DNA of 64,000 nt from an uncultured virus (IMG/VR IMGVR_UViG_3300042290_000472) (lineage: Duplodnaviria > Heunggongvirae > Uroviricota > Caudoviricetes), in the IMG/VR virus record IMGVR_UViG_3300042290_000472. One strand, given 5' to 3'. The position numbers and the translations under genes were made by a program. How positions within the stretch are numbered: the stretch's first letter is position 1; each line of letters opens with the position of its first letter. The notes under the pieces are model-generated. The model ran no database searches, had not been told where the DNA came from, and worked only from the letters and a program-made list of their open reading frames with translations. Below, in pieces: positions 56,616-64,000 of the stretch.

Positions 56616-57796
56616 GCTTTGACAAACTTACCCCCAACCAGAAAATCCAAGCGTGCAACATCGACGTGATGCGTCACCACAAGTTCGCGCTGCTGTCCGG
56701 CATCGTGTGCATGGGCAAGTCCGAGGCATGTGATGACATGCCCACTGCTGCAACCAACGGCAAGGACAAGCTGTACGGCACAGCGTTCATCAGTGACCTG
56801 ACACGCAAGGAGCTGCGCTTCGTTGTGCTGCACGAGAACTTCCACGTGGCGCTCAAGCACTGCGTCTTGCCAGCGTACATTGGGTACAGCAAGCGCTTCG
56901 GTCCGCAGATCAACAACGCGGCCATGGACTACGTGGTCAACGGCCTGATCGACGAGCTTGACCCTGAGCGCAAGTTCATGGATTTCCCCGCCAAGATCAA
57001 GATTCTGTTCGACGAGAAGTTCAAGGGCATGTCGTACCCGCAGGTGCTGCAAGAGTTGCTCAAGGATGCCGACGAACAGCCGCAGGCCATGGACGACCAC
57101 CAGATGAACGGCGAGGGTGGTGGTGACCCCATGACACCCGAGGAGTCCGAGAAGCTGGGCAAGATGGTCGACGATGCCAACCGCCAAGGCGAGTTGCTTG
57201 TGCGCAAGATGCGTGGCGATAAAGAGGGTGGCCGTGACATCCTTGGCACAGCGCAGGAGCGCGTGACCAACTGGCGTGATGCGTTGCAGGACTTCATCAG
57301 TTCTGTGTGCGTTGGCGACGAGAACTCACGCTTTTGCCCACCCAACAAGCGCTTGCTTGCGTCCGGCTTCATCATGCCTTCGCACTTCGACGAGAACATT
57401 GGCGAGATCGTCATTGCGTGCGACACGTCAGGCTCCATGCACTGGGCGTACCCTGTTGTGTTCGGTGAAGTGGCGCGTATCGTGCAGAACACACGACCAG
57501 ACAGCGTGCGCATGTTGTGGTGGGACACGGAGGTGTGCGGCGATCAGGTGTTCAAGCCCGAGCAGTACCAAGACATTGCCACGCAGCTTGCACCCAAGGG
57601 CGGTGGCGGCACCGTTGTGTCGTGTGTTGCTGACTACGTGGCCGAGCACAAGATCAAGGCCAAGGCTGTCATCATGCTGACCGATGGCTACATCGAGTCC
57701 GACTACCGCATGACCGACATGCCGACCTTGTGGGGTGTCGTGGACAACGAAGACTTCATGCCACGCGCAGGCAAGGTGTTGAGGATTCGTCCATGA
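56612..57796 (+). CDS. DUF2201-like metallopeptidase-vWA protein
   Basis: TAATNG, HENFH (HExxH), MIDAS DTSGSM, GGGGT, LTDG. Confidence 0.88.
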   Translation: MSFDKLTPNQKIQACNIDVMRHHKFALLSGIVCMGKSEACDDMPTAATNGKDKLYGTAFISDLTRKELRFVVLHENFHVALKHCVLPAYIGYSKRFGPQINNAAMDYVVNGLIDELDPERKFMDFPAKIKILFDEKFKGMSYPQVLQELLKDADEQPQAMDDHQMNGEGGGDPMTPEESEKLGKMVDDANRQGELLVRKMRGDKEGGRDILGTAQERVTNWRDALQDFISSVCVGDENSRFCPPNKRLLASGFIMPSHFDENIGEIVIACDTSGSMHWAYPVVFGEVARIVQNTRPDSVRMLWWDTEVCGDQVFKPEQYQDIATQLAPKGGGGTVVSCVADYVAEHKIKAKAVIMLTDGYIESDYRMTDMPTLWGVVDNEDFMPRAGKVLRIRP

Positions 57797-58020
57797 GCGA
57801 GCCCGAGCTGGTCAAGTGGAGACTGTTCAAGCCCCCCACGGAGGACATGTTTGACTTCCGGGTCAGGCGTCAGCACTTCGGGACACCTTACATGTACGCA
57901 GTGGAGGCCAAGTGCCGTAGCAGCGGCACCACGTACGTGCTGGCTGCGTTCACCACCAGCGCACCTCTCACCAACGCGCTGCGTGATACGTGCATCAACC
58001 TTGTGAGGTGTGCAGCATGA
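57793..58020 (+). CDS. hypothetical protein
   Basis: MSEPELVKW, ATGA-coupled. Confidence 0.55.
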   Translation: MSEPELVKWRLFKPPTEDMFDFRVRRQHFGTPYMYAVEAKCRSSGTTYVLAAFTTSAPLTNALRDTCINLVRCAA

Positions 58021-58274
58021 GCAAAGGCATTGACTTCGACTTCCGCCCGAGGGGGCAGTACCGACGAGGGGAGCGCCCCCTTTTTGTCAGGCCCCCGTTC
58101 AACCAATCAGGGCAGATCATCTACGGCACCTACTCGGAGCCGGGCTTTAGCCCACCAGTCGTGGCATTCATGCACGACTTCTACGCAGTCAGCGCTGACG
58201 AGCAACGGCAGATGGTGCAGAGCACCATACTGCTTTGCGAAATGATGTACCAACAACAGGAGAACCAACCATGA
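58017..58274 (+). CDS. hypothetical protein
   Basis: MSKGIDF, GAGGT RBS, ATGA-coupled. Confidence 0.55.
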   Translation: MSKGIDFDFRPRGQYRRGERPLFVRPPFNQSGQIIYGTYSEPGFSPPVVAFMHDFYAVSADEQRQMVQSTILLCEMMYQQQENQP

Positions 58275-58501
58275 ACCAACCGATACCCAACGCACTGGCC
58301 AACACGGTCTTGCTCGCAGATCACGACGAGGCAATACAACGCGCAGTCGTCGATGCAGTGGAGAAGATCGTTGTGAACTACTTGCAGGTCCACATGCACG
58401 AAGTCAGCACCAATATTGTCTCGTACCAACAAGCCCAAATTGAGCGCATCGCACTGCGCGCAGTCAAGCAACACTTCACCAACGCATCCAACATTTACTA
58501 A
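58271..58501 (+). CDS. hypothetical protein
   Basis: MNQPIPN, GGAGAACCAACC RBS. Confidence 0.6.
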   Translation: MNQPIPNALANTVLLADHDEAIQRAVVDAVEKIVVNYLQVHMHEVSTNIVSYQQAQIERIALRAVKQHFTNASNIY

Positions 58502-58513
58502 GGAGAACCAACC

Positions 58514-59392
58514 ATGAACACAACTCGCTACAACATCGACACCTGCGCCATGCTCACCGAATTCAACGCCAGCGTGTGGACCGCACGCAAGCTGGACAGG
58601 GGCGCAACAGACGAGATCGTCACATCCAAGAACGCTGCGGCCAAGGATGCAGCACGCGTCAACAAGCACCTGCTTGCAGGGCGCACAGAGCTGGAGGTTA
58701 TTCAACAGATGATCGGCCGTGCTCGCACCTACGTGTACGACCACACGCTGCCATGGTCTGACTCGGGCCTGCGCTTGCTGCCTACTGCCAACTTCGAGCG
58801 CTTCGCTACCAAGATGAACGACTTCGAGGACGAGTTCGCAATGATGGTCGAGTCGTTCGTCAACATCTACCCCACGCTCATTACAGCGCAGGCCATGGCC
58901 TTGGGTGATATGTTTCAGCGCAACGACTTCCCCTCACAGAACGAGATCATGACCAAGTTTGCCTTCCGTGTGAACTACCTGCCCGTGCCTACGGCGGGTG
59001 ACTTCCGTGTGGATGTGGGCAACGCTGCGATGGACGACATCAAGGCCAAGCTCGAACGTGTGGCACAAGAGCGTGTGGACGCGGCCATGCAGGACGTGCG
59101 CCAGCGTATCGGTGACCACCTCAAGCGCATGTCGGACCGCCTCACTACCGACTACGTGCAGGGTGAAGCCAAGCCTCGCAGGTTCCACGACAGCCTTGTC
59201 GATGGTGCCTTGGAGCTGTGCGACTTGACCAAGACGCTCAACGTGGTCAATGATCTGGACCTCGAAGCCGCACGCAGCGCGTTGGAGAAGGCACTGTGCG
59301 GTATCGCACCCACCGACCTGCGCAAAGATGAAGCGCTGCGCCAAGACACCAAGAAAGCCGTCGATGACATCCTCAACAAATTCTCCTTTTAA
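58514..59392 (+). CDS. DUF3150-like protein
   Basis: WTARKLD, TLPWSDSGLRLLP, PVPTAGDFR; helical; typical neighbour of AAA/vWA pairs. Confidence 0.6.
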   Translation: MNTTRYNIDTCAMLTEFNASVWTARKLDRGATDEIVTSKNAAAKDAARVNKHLLAGRTELEVIQQMIGRARTYVYDHTLPWSDSGLRLLPTANFERFATKMNDFEDEFAMMVESFVNIYPTLITAQAMALGDMFQRNDFPSQNEIMTKFAFRVNYLPVPTAGDFRVDVGNAAMDDIKAKLERVAQERVDAAMQDVRQRIGDHLKRMSDRLTTDYVQGEAKPRRFHDSLVDGALELCDLTKTLNVVNDLDLEAARSALEKALCGIAPTDLRKDEALRQDTKKAVDDILNKFSF

Positions 59393-59402
59393 GTTGGAAG
59401 GC

Positions 59403-59843
59403 TTGAAGATAGACACGGTGCCATTAGCTAGGGGTTTCCTACCGCAAGCGACTTGGTACGCACGCTTCGTTCTTGCTGATACGAGACGGATCGCGGAGCT
59501 GACATCGTGGCGCGACAAGATAGGCGTTGTTGGCTTCATCGAGATGGCGCAGCGCTCTTGGCTCAACCCGGACAAAATCGGATACAGCGCACGTATCGGG
59601 AGCTTCAGCGTGCGTGTTGAACTCGGAGACTATGTTATCGACGACGCGCTGAACTTAGAGGACGCGTTGTGGTTCGCATGCAGGGAACTCAACCCAATGC
59701 TGGAGACGTTCACCACGTTGTTCGGCATCAAGAACGACATCGACATCGTTGTCGAACACGGGCTTCGGCCTGTCAACAAGCTGTTGCACAACATCGTGCA
59801 ACCTTTTAGGCAAACAACTCCGAAAGGAAGGTTCACACTATGA
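59403..59843 (+). CDS. hypothetical protein (start uncertain)
   Basis: Open frame filling the gap; TTG at 59403 or GTG at 59418. Confidence 0.45.
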   Translation: MKIDTVPLARGFLPQATWYARFVLADTRRIAELTSWRDKIGVVGFIEMAQRSWLNPDKIGYSARIGSFSVRVELGDYVIDDALNLEDALWFACRELNPMLETFTTLFGIKNDIDIVVEHGLRPVNKLLHNIVQPFRQTTPKGRFTL

Positions 59844-60001
59844 ACACGAAATTCTTGACCCTCGCCCGTAAGAACTTCTGCAACGACTGGGCACCAGTCC
59901 ATGTGCAGCGACACAACATGCGCCAGTGGGCTCGCTCGCTGCGCCTGCTCGGAAACAAGTGGCTCCTCGCCGTACCCATCAACCAGATCGCAACCAAGTA
60001 A
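59840..60001 (+). CDS. 53-aa conserved phage protein (not in ORF track)
   Basis: MNTKFLTLARKNF..RHNMRQWARSLRLLGNKWLLA..*; ATGA overlap. Confidence 0.65.
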   Translation: MNTKFLTLARKNFCNDWAPVHVQRHNMRQWARSLRLLGNKWLLAVPINQIATK

Positions 60002-60013
60002 GGAACATTCATC

Positions 60014-60583
60014 ATGCCAGACATCAAGACCGCGTTTGAGCAAGCGCTCGCAAAAGCCCAACCCGATCCGCAACTGCCCGCCGATTGGGACGACGAAGGC
60101 GGCGAAGCCGCTATCGAATCCATCACCACCAAAGCCAAGGAGGCAACCATGCCCAGACAGTTCTTCACCACAACCAACAACGTGACACGCGCCACGTTCG
60201 ATTACATCGTCAAGCACCCCGGCAAGACCCGCAAAGAAATTCTCAACGCGCTCGAAGCGCAAGGCTACAAACAGGGCTCCACGTCCTCACTGATAGGCCA
60301 GTTCACAAAGCAAGGGCACATCGTCAACCGTGACGGCTTTATATTTGCACAACATTCGGAGTACAAGCCCTTGAAGACACAGCGGAGCAAGGCCGATCAA
60401 ACCCCCGCACCAAAGGCAGCAAAGGCAGCAAAACCAAAAGCCAAACCGGAAGTCAAGACAGAAGCCGCGCCGCAGGTCAACACTTTTGACTTGGTGTGGA
60501 ACGCGGAGAATTTGCTCAACAGCTTGAGCATCAAGCAAGCCCGTGCGCTGTACGATGAGCTGCGCAAAATCTTCGGGGGTTGA
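60014..60583 (+). CDS. putative winged-helix DNA-binding protein
   Basis: FDYIVKHPGKTRKEILNAL..STSSLIGQFTKQGHIV pattern; C-terminal LSIKQARALYDEL. Confidence 0.55.
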   Translation: MPDIKTAFEQALAKAQPDPQLPADWDDEGGEAAIESITTKAKEATMPRQFFTTTNNVTRATFDYIVKHPGKTRKEILNALEAQGYKQGSTSSLIGQFTKQGHIVNRDGFIFAQHSEYKPLKTQRSKADQTPAPKAAKAAKPKAKPEVKTEAAPQVNTFDLVWNAENLLNSLSIKQARALYDELRKIFGG

Positions 60584-60584
60584 T

Positions 60585-60677
60585 ATGCGCGAATGCCAAC
60601 ACCGATGGGAGCCCATCACTGGGCCGGGTATGTACAAGTGCGCCCGATGCGGCGCGTTCAGGAGGATCATCAAATGA
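60585..60677 (+). CDS. 30-aa zinc-ribbon peptide
   Basis: MRECQHRWEP..YKCARCGAFRRIIK*. Confidence 0.45.
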   Translation: MRECQHRWEPITGPGMYKCARCGAFRRIIK

Positions 60678-60784
60678 ACGAAGACGAAGACAAGCCAACC
60701 CCGGCTGACGGGCAGTTGATCTGGATACTGTGGGCCTTCATCGTGCTGATGCTGGGCCTGTTGACATTGAGGAGTTGTTTATGA
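60674..60784 (+). CDS. 36-aa single-TM peptide
   Basis: AGGAGG RBS; LIWILWAFIVLMLGLLTL. Confidence 0.55.
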   Translation: MNEDEDKPTPADGQLIWILWAFIVLMLGLLTLRSCL

Positions 60785-61035
60785 GAGATGTGATTGAGAT
60801 GGCGCGTAGAGCAGGTGCTGTATTTCCTTTAGATGGGAGCTACCACACGTTTGAGCGCCGCGAAGACCTTGAAGCCTTTGCCGAGCTTGTTCGTGCTGAT
60901 GAGCGTGAGGCGTGTGCAAAGGTGTGTGAAGGTTGGGATTTTGTCCCGGGTGGTCACGAGTTCACCCCACAGCAATTGACCAAAAACCTGACCGAAACCA
61001 TTGCGAGACACATCCGAGCAAGGGGGAACACATGA
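60781..61035 (+). CDS. hypothetical protein
   Basis: MRDVIEMARRAG..LEAFAELVRADEREACAKVCE..IRARG phage motif. Confidence 0.65.
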   Translation: MRDVIEMARRAGAVFPLDGSYHTFERREDLEAFAELVRADEREACAKVCEGWDFVPGGHEFTPQQLTKNLTETIARHIRARGNT

Positions 61036-61187
61036 CCAAAGAAGACGCACTCAAACTGATCAAGCTGCTGTCCGCGATGGAGAGCTGGGCGTTCAGCACC
61101 AAGACCCAACTGCCTGACTACCTGCACGAAGACCTGTGTCTTTCTGTGGAGAAGTTGGAGAAAATTGTTTTGAAGGAGAAGCCGTGA
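61032..61187 (+). CDS. small hypothetical protein
   Basis: MTKEDALKLIKLLSAMESW. Confidence 0.55.
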   Translation: MTKEDALKLIKLLSAMESWAFSTKTQLPDYLHEDLCLSVEKLEKIVLKEKP

Positions 61188-61663
61188 GAAAGCGTAGCAA
61201 GTACAAACCCCGGCAGATCATCCCGGACACCATGACGTGGGTGCGTGCGGGCCTGAAAAAAGTTGACGAGATCAGCGCAGGCACCACGCTCAAAATCCGC
61301 AACCACGATGCCATGAACAACCTGCGCCTTGGCGCAGCCACGCGCTTCGACATCGACGCACTGATTGACGCTGCAAACATCACCGAAGCGCTGGCCAACC
61401 GGGGCATAGGCGAGGACTGGAAGCCGGAGATACGCGCCGGTCAAGATGCCATCCTTGCGCTGGCCCGCCGGGGTGTGGCCAACAGCTTTCGGTTTGTCGC
61501 CAAAGGCCCGGAGCTTGTGGCTTTGAACCTGCTCATTGAGGTTCATGATGCGCAGCTTGAGACCGTGACCGTCAAGCAGCTTGAGACCGCCATGGCCGAT
61601 GTCATGGAGAGCTTGCGCTTGAAGAAGATGCGCCCTATTGTGGAGGCCCCGCATGCCGTTTGA
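61184..61663 (+). CDS. hypothetical protein
   Basis: GTG start RKRSKYKPR; AAGGAG RBS; EVHDAQLE motif. Confidence 0.65.
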   Translation: MRKRSKYKPRQIIPDTMTWVRAGLKKVDEISAGTTLKIRNHDAMNNLRLGAATRFDIDALIDAANITEALANRGIGEDWKPEIRAGQDAILALARRGVANSFRFVAKGPELVALNLLIEVHDAQLETVTVKQLETAMADVMESLRLKKMRPIVEAPHAV

Positions 61664-61717
61664 CATACAATCCAAGACTGGACAAACACGAACAGTAATA
61701 ACTTCAGGAGTAGCAAC

Positions 61718-61957
61718 ATGACACAGACAACAGCCGACACCGTGCAGATCGGCGGCACGCACTACAAAGACATGGGCATGCAGCCTTGGCATGTCATGGA
61801 GGCGGTACTCACGCCCGAAGAATTCAAAGGTTTCCTCAAAGGGAACATCATCAAATACGCCATGCGTCAGGGCAAGAAAGAAGGCACTGACGACGGCAAC
61901 AAAGCCCAGCACTACAAGATGAAGCTGGACGAAATTTGTAGCAAACACGAGAGCTGA
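61718..61957 (+). CDS. DUF3310 (T7 gp1.7/SaV-like) protein
   Basis: QIGGTHY..GFLKGNIIKY..R.GKK..D..KA.HY. Confidence 0.8.
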   Translation: MTQTTADTVQIGGTHYKDMGMQPWHVMEAVLTPEEFKGFLKGNIIKYAMRQGKKEGTDDGNKAQHYKMKLDEICSKHES

Positions 61958-61969
61958 GTTCATGGTTGC

Positions 61970-62090
61970 ACAACGCGTACAAGCCCGGTAGATGCAAGTA
62001 CGCTTTGTCGGTGAGAGGGCGCTCAGCTCGCGTTACCCAGCTCACCAACTCCTCACAGCGGCGGGGGCGCTGAATCTACCCGTACCCCCG
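61970..62090 (+). ncRNA. candidate structured RNA: three hairpins with a kissing loop
   Basis: Loop 1 GGUAGAU (61987-61993) is complementary to loop 3 AUCUACC (62074-62080); occupies a 165-bp intergenic gap. Confidence 0.5.
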
Positions 62091-62122
62091 ATCTTTTACC
62101 AACACATCACGGAGAAGCAACC

Positions 62123-62428
62123 ATGGCATCAACGCCAGAAGCACTGGTCAAAAAGAAGATCAGAAAAATACTTGACGCCGAGGGCGTCTACTACGCCATG
62201 CCTATCGGCACAGGCTACGGCAACAGCGGCGTGCCCGACTTCCTGTGCTGCGTTGCAGGCAGGTTTGTGGCCATCGAGGCCAAGGCAGGCAAAGGCACAA
62301 CCACCGCGCTGCAAGAAGACCACCTAGCCAGAATCACGGAGTCTCGCGGCGTGGCAATGGTCATCAACGAGCAGAACCTCTACACGCTGGAGCCGTTGAT
62401 TCACTTCATACGGGGGCGCGATGAATAA
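62123..62428 (+). CDS. VRR-NUC (PD-(D/E)XK) nuclease / putative resolvase
   Basis: PEALVK, SGVPDFL, IEAK, TALQ. Confidence 0.85.
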   Translation: MASTPEALVKKKIRKILDAEGVYYAMPIGTGYGNSGVPDFLCCVAGRFVAIEAKAGKGTTTALQEDHLARITESRGVAMVINEQNLYTLEPLIHFIRGRDE

Positions 62429-62708
62429 AGACATTGCAAACAAAGCGGTGGAGGCCATCACGAAGGCCGCGCAGGACATGACCACGCAACAGAAGGAACA
62501 CTTCGCCAGCGTGCTGACGTTGCTGGCAACGTGTTATGGAAAAGATGCGACGTTCGGCGGCGTGTTGATCCTGTCTGACGGCGCAAAGAGTGTCCTTGTC
62601 GGCATCAACGCCAACGAGTTTGAAGTGGCGGGCCTTATCAGCGAAGCCCACGAACTTATCGTCAACGAAATCAAAGTAGAGGCTCCCGACCACGGGATGT
62701 ACAACTGA
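62421..62708 (+). CDS. hypothetical protein
   Basis: 95 aa; TGATG overlap with the polymerase. Confidence 0.6.
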   Translation: MNKDIANKAVEAITKAAQDMTTQQKEHFASVLTLLATCYGKDATFGGVLILSDGAKSVLVGINANEFEVAGLISEAHELIVNEIKVEAPDHGMYN

Positions 62709-64000
62709 TGGCAAAACCATACGACACGATCATCGCAATCGACTTCGAGACGCGCTGGGACAAAGAAAGTTTCACGCTCTCCAAAATGACAACAGAGGAA
62801 TATATTCGTGACCCACGTTTTAAAGCATTCGGCGCTTGCGCCAAAGAGTTCGGAGCAACAGGCAAAGCGCCTTGGATCAGGCACGACGACTTGCAAGACT
62901 ACTTCAACAGCATCGACTGGAGCCGCACAGCCGTGCTCGCACACAACGCGCAGTTCGATGTCTCGATCATGGAGTGGGTCTACGGCGCACGCCCGTGTTT
63001 TATCTTTGACAGCCTCTCTATGGCTCGGGCCTTGCGCGGGGTCGAAGTAGGCAACTCGTTGCAGAAGCTGGCCAGTGACTTCGGCCTGCCCGACAAAGGC
63101 AAAGCGGTGCACAGCACCAACGGCATGGAAGAGCTGGACCCGAAGACTGAGCAGGAGCTGGCCGCGTACTGTGCGCATGATGTGTATTTGTGCGAGCAGG
63201 TGTTCAGCAAGCTGATGATGCGCCTTGACCCTGCGACGGGGATGTCCAACGGGCTGTACCCCACCAAGGAGCTGCGCCTGATCGACATGACGCTCAAGAT
63301 GTACACGCGCCCGGTGCTGGAGCTGGACCAGAGCATGCTCACTGACGCGTTGTACGATGAAAAGGAAAAACGTGAAGCACTCCTACAAAAGATCGGTGTT
63401 GACGAATCTTCACTTGCGTCAAACAAACAGTTCGCTGAAGTCCTGCGCGGACTCGGCATGCCCCCGCCCTACAAGAAGAGCAAGACGACTGGCAAACAGA
63501 CGCTTGCTCTTGCAAAGAATGACGCGCTTTTTCAAGCGATGCTCAACGGGGACAACGAAGACGTTGCCGCTTTGTGTGAGGCTCGCCTCAAAGTTAAATC
63601 GACCACTGAGCGTACGCGGGCGCAGCGGTTTCTGGACATCTCGAAGCGCGGAAGACTACCTGTTCCGCTCTCGTACTACGGTGCCAAGTCCGGGCGCTGG
63701 ACGGCCAGCAAAGGCAGCGCCATCAACATGCAGAACCTCAAGCGAGGATCGTTCTTGCGCAAAGCTATTATGGCTCCCGAAGCGCACCAACTGGTCGTCG
63801 GTGATCTGTCACAGATTGAACCGCGAGTTCTTGCGTGGCTGGCTGATTACGAGGACATGCTACTCATCTTCCGGCAGGGCGGTGATCCTTACGCGGCGTT
63901 CGGCGCTCAGATGTTCAACATACCGGGCCTTACAAAAGAGTCACACCCTGATCTCCGCCAGTCGGCAAAGTCCGCGCTTCTGGGCTGTGGTTACGGACTG
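62708..64000 (+). CDS. family A DNA polymerase (truncated at window end)
   Basis: Own translation: ExoI IDFET, ExoII HNAQFD, ExoIII YCAHD, SGRW, NMQNL, motif A DLSQIEPR, motif B RQSAKSALLGCGYG. Confidence 0.93.
   Translation, partial: MAKPYDTIIAIDFETRWDKESFTLSKMTTEEYIRDPRFKAFGACAKEFGATGKAPWIRHDDLQDYFNSIDWSRTAVLAHNAQFDVSIMEWVYGARPCFIFDSLSMARALRGVEVGNSLQKLASDFGLPDKGKAVHSTNGMEELDPKTEQELAAYCAHDVYLCEQVFSKLMMRLDPATGMSNGLYPTKELRLIDMTLKMYTRPVLELDQSMLTDALYDEKEKREALLQKIGVDESSLASNKQFAEVLRGLGMPPPYKKSKTTGKQTLALAKNDALFQAMLNGDNEDVAALCEARLKVKSTTERTRAQRFLDISKRGRLPVPLSYYGAKSGRWTASKGSAINMQNLKRGSFLRKAIMAPEAHQLVVGDLSQIEPRVLAWLADYEDMLLIFRQGGDPYAAFGAQMFNIPGLTKESHPDLRQSAKSALLGCGYGL

Noticed and set aside
1..64000. 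tRNA genes, integrase/att sites, recoded stop codons
   Set aside because: No cloverleaf or recombinase motifs noticed; genes read through intact in the standard code and use all three stops

Overview
The window is almost all of a tailed dsDNA phage genome (Caudoviricetes, roughly 60% GC by eye). Its layout is podovirus-like: no recognisable tail tube or classical tape-measure gene, but tail-tubular and ejection-type proteins. It has three blocks. (i) A + strand replication block at 63-7097 holds an SNF2 helicase, an SSB-like protein, an HTH protein and a primase-DUF927 helicase; it continues at the right edge with DUF3310, VRR-NUC and a truncated family A DNA polymerase. (ii) A - strand morphogenesis and lysis block at 7094-47978 holds terminase, portal, GroES-like protein, scaffold, major capsid, a cluster of small Lys-rich proteins, adaptors, two chaperone-tipped tail fibres, a GH108 lysis cassette, three internal virion proteins and a 3324-aa polyvalent protein. 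(iii) A + strand early/accessory block at 48362-62428 holds many small ORFs and a MoxR-like AAA / DUF2201-vWA / DUF3150-like module. No integrase, tRNA, CRISPR array or RNA polymerase was recognised. The most notable unexplained signals are: a recurring [M/F/Y/L]-[A/S/R/K]-x-G-G peptide motif shared by internal virion proteins and small basic proteins; duplicated short peptides that bracket enzyme domains (QxPxQMMAxGG around the transglycosylase, FSRGAPAD around a zincin+ART-like module), suggesting a virion polyprotein-processing system; two families of dispersed palindromes in the early region (5 x 23-25 bp and 3 x 19 bp); and three candidate structured RNAs. All family assignments are by eye from motifs; no database searches were run.
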